The translations under genes and the position numbers were made by a program. DNA of 64,000 bases from Alphaproteobacteria bacterium (GTDB taxonomy: Bacteria; Pseudomonadota; Alphaproteobacteria; UBA8366; JADFVY01), in contig JBFGQV010000002.1 in the NCBI GenBank assembly GCA_041563955.1, forward strand, positions 147 to 64,146, written 5' to 3'. The notes beneath the pieces were generated by a model. That model worked only from the letters and a program-made list of their open reading frames with translations, made no database searches and had not been told where the DNA came from. Of this stretch, positions 59,468 through 64,000 are shown in pieces. Each line of letters starts with the position of its first letter. Position 1 is the first letter of the stretch.

Positions 59468-59719
59468 GTGACAGGACAGGACTACAATGCGCGGATGGCG
59501 GCTCTGTGGATCTTGCACGCCACCGTATGCGTCAAGCTCCTCAAGGCGCACGGCAGGACGCTGCACGCCGAGAATTTCGAGGCGGCGTTGCGGGAGTTCG
59601 CGGACATTGTCGCCGATGAGGTCGGCCACGACACCCTGACCGAGGCGATGGACTGGGCCGCCGGCCAGGTGTCCGTCTACGGCAACGATCTCGACCAGGA
59701 GCCGGTTTCGATCCACTGA
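59468..59719 (+). CDS. Hypothetical small protein
   Basis: A GTG at 59468 is preceded by GGGAG 9 nt upstream. 83 aa. A hairpin plus T-tract follows. I recognise no family. Confidence 0.35.
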   Translation: MTGQDYNARMAALWILHATVCVKLLKAHGRTLHAENFEAALREFADIVADEVGHDTLTEAMDWAAGQVSVYGNDLDQEPVSIH

Positions 59720-59749
59720 GCCGGAACCTCAGCGCCAAACTGGTTCAGC

Positions 59750-59790
59750 CATGGCCCGTCCCCGAACGCGAGGCGGGCCATGACGTTTTC
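59750..59790. terminator. Bidirectional hairpin between convergent genes (ATGGCCCG-15 nt-CGGGCCAT, then GACGTTTTC)
   Basis: An 8-9 bp GC-rich inverted repeat at 59751-59758 / 59774-59781 has a short T-run on the + strand. It lies between the stops at 59719 (+) and 59814 (-). Confidence 0.45.
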
Positions 59791-59813
59791 GGGTGCCTCC
59801 AGGGCAGCGGAAT

Positions 59814-60602
59814 TTAGATTCGCTCACCCCCCTGGAGCGGGGTGAACCGAACCGACAGGACGCGCCGGCGGCGCAACTCACCGCTGGCGGTCTTTTCGAT
59901 GAGCGTGAGGAACTGGGGCCCGTCCCGGGGGCCGAGCGGGAGCACCATGCGCCCGCCCGGCTTCAGCTGCCGCAGCAGCACCGGCGGCACGTGGTCGACG
60001 GCCTCCTTGATGATGATGGCGTCGAACGGCGCCTGGCGCGGCGCCCCGTAATAGCCGTCCGAAGCGATCACCTCGACGTTGTCGTAGCCGAGGCGCTTCA
60101 GCCTGGCCGATGCTTCCAGCGCCAGGGGCGCCAGCACTTCCACGCTGACCACGCGCCGCGCCAGTTTGGACAGCACCGCAGCGTGGTAACCGGCGCCCGT
60201 GCCGGTCTCGAAGACGACGTCGTCCGGCGCGATCCGCGCGAGGTGGGTCATGAGGGCGACGAGGTAGGGCTGGGCGATGCTCTGCTCGTCGCTTACGGGG
60301 AGCGGCGTGTCGGCGTAGGCGAAATCCGTCAACGCCTCTGGAACGAACAGATGACGGGGCACTTCGCCCATGACTTCCATGACCCGGGGATCGATCTCCG
60401 ACACGCCGGTCTCGTCCGCCGCGATGGCGGTGTGGGCGCCGATCGTGCGGAGCATATCGATCCGCTCCGACACCCGATCTCCGTCGTCCCCCGCCCGTTC
60501 GGCGCTGGTGGCGGCCGCCACGGCACACAGAATGACCGCCGCCGCCGCCAGGCGCCGGGCCATGCGAAACAGCCATCGCAGGACATGCCGAACCGTCTTC
60601 AT
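59814..60602 (-). CDS. pcm: Protein-L-isoaspartate O-methyltransferase with N-terminal signal/anchor sequence
   Basis: VPRHLFVP, QSIAQPYLVALM and VFETGTGAGYHAAVL (SAM motif I) are Pcm hallmarks. The N-terminus MKTVRHVLRWLFRMARRLAAAAVILCAVAAATSA looks like a Sec signal peptide. Confidence 0.8.
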   Translation of the reverse strand: MKTVRHVLRWLFRMARRLAAAAVILCAVAAATSAERAGDDGDRVSERIDMLRTIGAHTAIAADETGVSEIDPRVMEVMGEVPRHLFVPEALTDFAYADTPLPVSDEQSIAQPYLVALMTHLARIAPDDVVFETGTGAGYHAAVLSKLARRVVSVEVLAPLALEASARLKRLGYDNVEVIASDGYYGAPRQAPFDAIIIKEAVDHVPPVLLRQLKPGGRMVLPLGPRDGPQFLTLIEKTASGELRRRRVLSVRFTPLQGGERI

Positions 60603-60642
60603 CCGGCCAACCTATCACATTTTCGAGCGCAGTTCGCGTTCC

Positions 60643-60658
60643 TGGCACGAAATCTGCT
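60643..60658 (+). promoter_or_regulatory. Sigma-54 (RpoN) -24/-12 promoter, copy 1: TGGCACGAAATCTGCT
   Basis: It matches the consensus TGGCACG-N4-TTGCW at all positions except one (CTGC for TTGC). The GC of the -12 element lies 12 nt before the first base of the conserved 34-mer. Confidence 0.6.
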
Positions 60659-60668
60659 TATAATATCC

Positions 60669-60726
60669 GTGCAACCCTTCCTTATGCCAACTCGGCCCCG
60701 ATGCAGATGTCATCGGGGTTTTTTTT
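60669..60726 (+). ncRNA. Candidate sigma-54-dependent small RNA, copy 1 (~58 nt)
   Basis: The conserved 34-mer GTGCAACCCTTCCTTATGCCAACTCGGCCCCGAT (60669-60702) runs into the hairpin CCCCGATG/CATCGGGG followed by T8 (60719-60726). There is no RBS or credible ORF. Confidence 0.6.
60696..60726 (+). terminator. Rho-independent terminator of sRNA copy 1
   Basis: An 8-bp GC-rich stem (60696-60703 / 60711-60718), a 7-nt loop and eight consecutive T. Confidence 0.7.
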
Positions 60727-60807
60727 GGCGGCCTTCCCGGGCCCTTCCGGCGATCCCGCGCGGCAAGCGACACATTCGATCGTTGATGTCGTTCGATGGG
60801 CGGAAGA

Positions 60808-60823
60808 TGGCACGGTCTTTGCT
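60808..60823 (+). promoter_or_regulatory. Sigma-54 (RpoN) -24/-12 promoter, copy 2: TGGCACGGTCTTTGCT
   Basis: A full match to TGGCACG-N4-TTGCW. It has the same 10-nt non-conserved spacer to the conserved 34-mer as copy 1. Confidence 0.65.
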
Positions 60824-60833
60824 TCTCGTATGT

Positions 60834-60905
60834 GTGCAACCCTTCCTTATGCCAACTCGGCCCCGATACCGTTTTTTCGAGAACGCGTATCGGGGCCTTT
60901 TTATT
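60834..60905 (+). ncRNA. Candidate sigma-54-dependent small RNA, copy 2 (~70 nt)
   Basis: The identical 34-mer at 60834-60867 runs into the hairpin GGCCCCGATAC/GTATCGGGGCC (60859-60869 / 60887-60897), followed by TTTTTATT. Confidence 0.6.
60859..60905 (+). terminator. Rho-independent terminator of sRNA copy 2
   Basis: An 11-bp GC-rich stem, possibly extended by an inner CGTT/AACG pairing, followed by TTTTTATT. Confidence 0.65.
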
Positions 60906-61061
60906 CTCTAGAAATCAAAACGTTATGGCGGGTGTTTCGGCCGCTGACTACAACCGGGTCGCAGTCGCATGTTGCAAGATGCAACGAAATGGCCTTGCGG
61001 AATGCAATCCCGGGTGGCCGCTAAGTCCACGGCAGGATTGTGGTTTTGCCCTGCCCGGCGG

Positions 61062-61541
61062 TCAGGGTGCCTGGCGGCGGTCCGGCGGCCTGATACGGCC
61101 ATCCCACAGGCCGCGACGGGCCCTGCGCGCGTCCTCCTGATCGACGCGGTACCGATCGATACCCTCCATGGCTTCCGCCCAGCCGCTACGGACGAGGGCT
61201 TCGTTGACGTCACGCTCACCAACGTAACAGGTCGCATAGGGCACGCTGTCCGGCGTGCGCTGGTCCTCCAGATCGCAGGACACGCGATAACCATCGGCAA
61301 GTCGAATCAGCTCCGCCCACGCGACGACACCGCACCGAAATCGCCGCTCGCCGGCGTCGCAGGTCGCGTCGGGCCGCGGTGCCTGCGAGCCGTAGAGGCG
61401 GATGGTCGCGTCACCGACCGCGATTTCATTGCCGGACCGCACCTCGGCGACACCCTCGATTTCCTGCGCGCCGGCGCCCGTGGCGACGGCCATTGCGACA
61501 ATCACGGTGGGGATCAGCGCGGATCGTGCAGGGACTAACAT
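61062..61541 (-). CDS. Secreted thermonuclease (SNase-like) family protein
   Basis: Start at MLVPARSALIPTVIVAMAVATGAGA (signal peptide). IRLYGSQAP...CG...A...L...NEALVRSGWA follows the staphylococcal nuclease-like pattern. Confidence 0.7.
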   Translation of the reverse strand: MLVPARSALIPTVIVAMAVATGAGAQEIEGVAEVRSGNEIAVGDATIRLYGSQAPRPDATCDAGERRFRCGVVAWAELIRLADGYRVSCDLEDQRTPDSVPYATCYVGERDVNEALVRSGWAEAMEGIDRYRVDQEDARRARRGLWDGRIRPPDRRQAP

Positions 61542-61699
61542 CGGCGGCTCCGGGAGGTTGGCGTTATGCGATAATAGCCGGCTTACCGCAAAGCGAAATC
61601 GGCAATATCGCGCGGTACGGGATTGGTGTGACATATCGCCGATGAATGGCTACAGTAGGGCATCATCCAGTCCGTTGGCAAAGACTAGCACTCTCAAGC

Positions 61700-63928
61700 A
61701 TGATCCGTTTCCTGCACTGTGCCGTTCTGGCCGCTGCACTGGCAGTGGTATGGCTGCCCGCCGGCGCGGGCGCCGCGGAAGCACCGCCGCCATCCGTCAC
61801 GGTGGCTGAGCTCGAAGATCTCGTGGCGACGCTCGAGGATGAGGGCGAGCGCCAGGAACTGGTGCAGCGGCTGCGAACGCTCATCGAGTTGAAGAGGGCC
61901 GAGGGCCAAGTGCAGGAACCGGCGGACCAGACGCTCGGCACCCTGCTGGTCGACCAGCTGTCGGCGTACAGTGAGGAACTCGGCCGCCAGCTATCCGCGC
62001 TCGCCGCGGCCGTGCTGAAGATTCCGGCAAGCCTCGCAGGTCTGCGCGACCAGCTGCTCGACCCCGAAGTTCGAGAGGTGTGGCTTATCGGACTGCTGTC
62101 GTTCGTCGCCGTGGTCGGCGTCGGCCTGATCGTCTCACGCCTCGTCCAGTTCATCCTGAAACGGCCGTTACAGGCGGTCTCCCATCGCACAGATGAGAGC
62201 GTGCTGGTCATGGTTCCGCTGCTGCTCGCGCGCCTCGTGCTGATTCTGGTGCCGCCGCTTGCCTTCGCCGGCGCAGGCTGGGCCGCCGTCAGCGTCTTCG
62301 AGGCGGAGAGTATCGCGCGCCCGGTGGCGTTGTCGATCATCTACGCGGTCGCGCTCGCCGGCGCCGTGAACGCCGTGGCGCGCACGCTGCTGGCACCGGC
62401 AGCGGCGACCGCACGGCCGATATCCGTGACCAATGAAACCGCGGAATACCTCTACATCTGGGTGCGGCGGATAACCGACCTTGGCATCTACGGGTACTTC
62501 ACGGTCGAGATTGCCGGACTGCTGGGACTGCCGGTTCCCGCACAAAGCCTGCTGATCAAGCTGATCGGCCTGGTGCTGACGTCGTTCCTGGTCATGATGA
62601 TCCTGCAGAACCGGCGGCCGGTGGCCGACTATATCGGTGCCCATAATGGCGGCCGTCTGGCGACCCTGCGGCAGCGGTTTGCGGATCTCTGGCACGTGAT
62701 GGCGATCCTGTACATCGTGCTCGTCTACCTGGTCTGGGTCGTCGGCATACCCGGCGGATTCACCTATATGATTCGATCCACCGCGCTGAGCCTGCTGGCG
62801 CTGACGGCGGTCGTGATCCTGTTGAATTTAGCGATGCGCTTCGTCGACCGCACCTTCGCCCTGTCCGACGAGGTCAAGACCCGACTGCCGGGCCTGGAGG
62901 CGCGCGTCAACCGCTACCTTCCCGTGGTCAAGACGGTTCTGCGGGGCGTTGCCTGGCTGGTTGCGATCCTGGCCGTCCTGCAGGCTTGGGGGGTGGACAT
63001 CCTCGTCTGGCTGAGTGAGCCGGCCGGTCGGGCACTACTGGGGCGCATCGCCAGCATCGGCGCCATCATACTGCTGGCGCTGGTCGGCTGGGAGGCGATC
63101 AGCGCCGCCGTCGAGCGTTACTTGACCTCCGAGGAGACCACGCCGAGCCAGCGGGCCCGCACATTGCTGCCGCTGCTGCGCAAGGTAACGCTCGTCATCC
63201 TCACCGTGGTGGTCGGGCTCACGGTGCTGTCGGAGCTGGGCATCAACATCGCACCGCTGCTGGCCGGCGCCGGGGTCGTCGGCCTGGCCGTGGGGTTCGG
63301 CGCGCAGACGCTGGTCCGCGACGTGATCACGGGCCTGTTCATCCTGATCGAGGACACGGTGTCGGTCGGCGACTTCGTCACGCTGGGCGGCCACGGGGGC
63401 ACCGTCGAGGCCCTGTCGATCCGCTCGATCCGGCTGCGCGACCCGTCGGGCACGGTCCACACGATTCCGTTCAGCGACGTCACCACCGTGATCAACTACA
63501 CTCGCGAATTCGCCTATGCGGTGCTCGACATCGGCGTCGCCTACAAGGAGGACGTGGATGCGGTCTCACGGGTGATCGAGGCGGCGGGCGCAGAGTTGCG
63601 CCAGGATCCGGTCCTGGCCGAATCCGTTCTTGACGACGTGCAGCTTCTGGGGCTCGACAGGTTCGATGACTCCGCCGTCGTCATCAAGGCGCGGATCAAG
63701 ACGGCGCCGGGCATGCAGTGGGCCGTGCGGCGCGCCTTCAACCGTCTTCTCAAGCAGCGATTCGATGCGGAGGGGATCGAGATCCCGTTCCCGCAACGGA
63801 CGGTCTGGTTCGCACAGGAGCCGCAGCCGGCAGAGCCGACGGGGCGCGTGGCGGGCGAGGCGGCCGGCAGCCGCGACGCACCGACTGCGGACACCGCGAA
63901 CGACGCCGCGCAGGACAGGGACGGCTGA
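61700..63928 (+). CDS. MscS-family mechanosensitive channel with extended N-terminal multi-TM region
   Basis: Start at MIRFLHCAVLAAALAVVWLPAGAGA (signal peptide). The pore/beta-domain region is GVVGLAVGFGAQTLVRDVITGLFILIEDTVSVGDFV...G.VE.LSIRSIRLRD. Confidence 0.85.
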   Translation: MIRFLHCAVLAAALAVVWLPAGAGAAEAPPPSVTVAELEDLVATLEDEGERQELVQRLRTLIELKRAEGQVQEPADQTLGTLLVDQLSAYSEELGRQLSALAAAVLKIPASLAGLRDQLLDPEVREVWLIGLLSFVAVVGVGLIVSRLVQFILKRPLQAVSHRTDESVLVMVPLLLARLVLILVPPLAFAGAGWAAVSVFEAESIARPVALSIIYAVALAGAVNAVARTLLAPAAATARPISVTNETAEYLYIWVRRITDLGIYGYFTVEIAGLLGLPVPAQSLLIKLIGLVLTSFLVMMILQNRRPVADYIGAHNGGRLATLRQRFADLWHVMAILYIVLVYLVWVVGIPGGFTYMIRSTALSLLALTAVVILLNLAMRFVDRTFALSDEVKTRLPGLEARVNRYLPVVKTVLRGVAWLVAILAVLQAWGVDILVWLSEPAGRALLGRIASIGAIILLALVGWEAISAAVERYLTSEETTPSQRARTLLPLLRKVTLVILTVVVGLTVLSELGINIAPLLAGAGVVGLAVGFGAQTLVRDVITGLFILIEDTVSVGDFVTLGGHGGTVEALSIRSIRLRDPSGTVHTIPFSDVTTVINYTREFAYAVLDIGVAYKEDVDAVSRVIEAAGAELRQDPVLAESVLDDVQLLGLDRFDDSAVVIKARIKTAPGMQWAVRRAFNRLLKQRFDAEGIEIPFPQRTVWFAQEPQPAEPTGRVAGEAAGSRDAPTADTANDAAQDRDG

Positions 63929-63932
63929 AGCG

Positions 63933-64000
63933 TTACCCGGCCATGCCGCCGGCGCGTGCAAGCTTTTTCGCGGGAAATCTCAGGGTCACCCGGGTCCCGG
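63933..64000 (-). CDS. Possible 3' end of a histidine-kinase-like gene running out of the window
   Basis: The reverse-strand frame reads ...GTRVTLRFPAKKLARAGGMAG-stop. G-T-x-h-x-h-x-h-P is a typical HATPase_c C-terminal strand. Only 22 codons are visible. Confidence 0.25.
   Translation of the reverse strand, partial: GTRVTLRFPAKKLARAGGMAG

Noticed and set aside
60990-61006. A third sigma-54-like sequence, TGGCCTTGCGGAATGCA, and the nearby palindrome GTTGCA-aga-TGCAAC (60971-60985).
   Set aside because: The GG-to-GC spacing is one nt longer than the consensus, CAC is replaced by CCT, and no copy of the 34-mer or a terminator follows. It is probably a chance match. The palindrome alone is too short to interpret.
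60615-61140. Three track ORFs crossing the sRNA locus: 60615-60839(-), 60701-61024(+) and 60796-61140(+).
   Set aside because: They read straight through two terminator hairpins and T-tracts and have no ribosome-binding sites. Their mutual similarity is explained by the repeated 34-mer. The conservation pattern (promoter elements plus transcribed block, with compensatory stem changes) fits RNA, not protein.

Overview
This is a visibly GC-rich chromosomal segment. Gene content and order look alphaproteobacterial (Rhodospirillales/Rhizobiales-like). Coding density is high, many neighbouring genes are translationally coupled through ATGA/GTGA overlaps, and there are many long antisense shadow ORFs, as expected for GC-rich DNA. 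I saw no transposase, integrase, CRISPR array or rRNA.

Main blocks, in order:
(1) 1-8968: an IclR-linked catabolic operon of hydantoinase/oxoprolinase A+B, an SDR, a three-subunit molybdenum hydroxylase (FAD, 2Fe-2S, Mo subunits) and a GNAT, ending next to tRNA-Leu(CAA).
(2) 9.2-19 kb: housekeeping and envelope genes (yqaA-like, dsbB, coq7, HNH endonuclease, alkA, a TerB-like repeat protein, gluQ, a Nudix protein, a class III cyclase, two tandem AEC transporters).
(3) 19.4-31.5 kb: an ethylmalonyl-CoA / short-chain acyl-CoA neighbourhood (ecm divergent from ccr, a CapA-like lipoprotein, mcd, an orphan PAS histidine kinase, a HIG1-like small protein, PduO-type adenosyltransferase, etfBA, hbd).
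(4) 31.6-41.5 kb: tlpA-like, argH, a small LptM-like lipoprotein missing from the ORF track, lysA, a TIGR02302/DUF4175 protein, a zinc-ribbon protein, ftsEX, ydcF-like, plsC.
(5) 41.6-57.6 kb: B12-dependent nrdJ followed by a small zinc-ribbon membrane ORF, a pabB-pabC fusion, chaC-like, tyrC-hisC-chorismate mutase, metXW, and small conserved genes through acetoacetyl-CoA synthetase and ftsH.
(6) 57.7-64 kb: tRNA-Arg(ACG) followed by an accessory-looking stretch (SRPBCC-M50 protease fusion, signal-peptide Pcm, a nuclease, an MscS-family channel).

The most interesting signal is in the non-coding gap at 60.6-60.9 kb. It holds two tandem copies of an identical 34-nt sequence. Each copy sits exactly at the predicted +1 of a near-consensus sigma-54 (-24/-12) promoter, and each ends in a Rho-independent terminator with compensatory arm changes. 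I read this as a pair of RpoN-dependent small RNAs carrying a CCCUUCCUU anti-Shine-Dalgarno seed.

All calls come from reading the sequence and the supplied translations. No database search was run.
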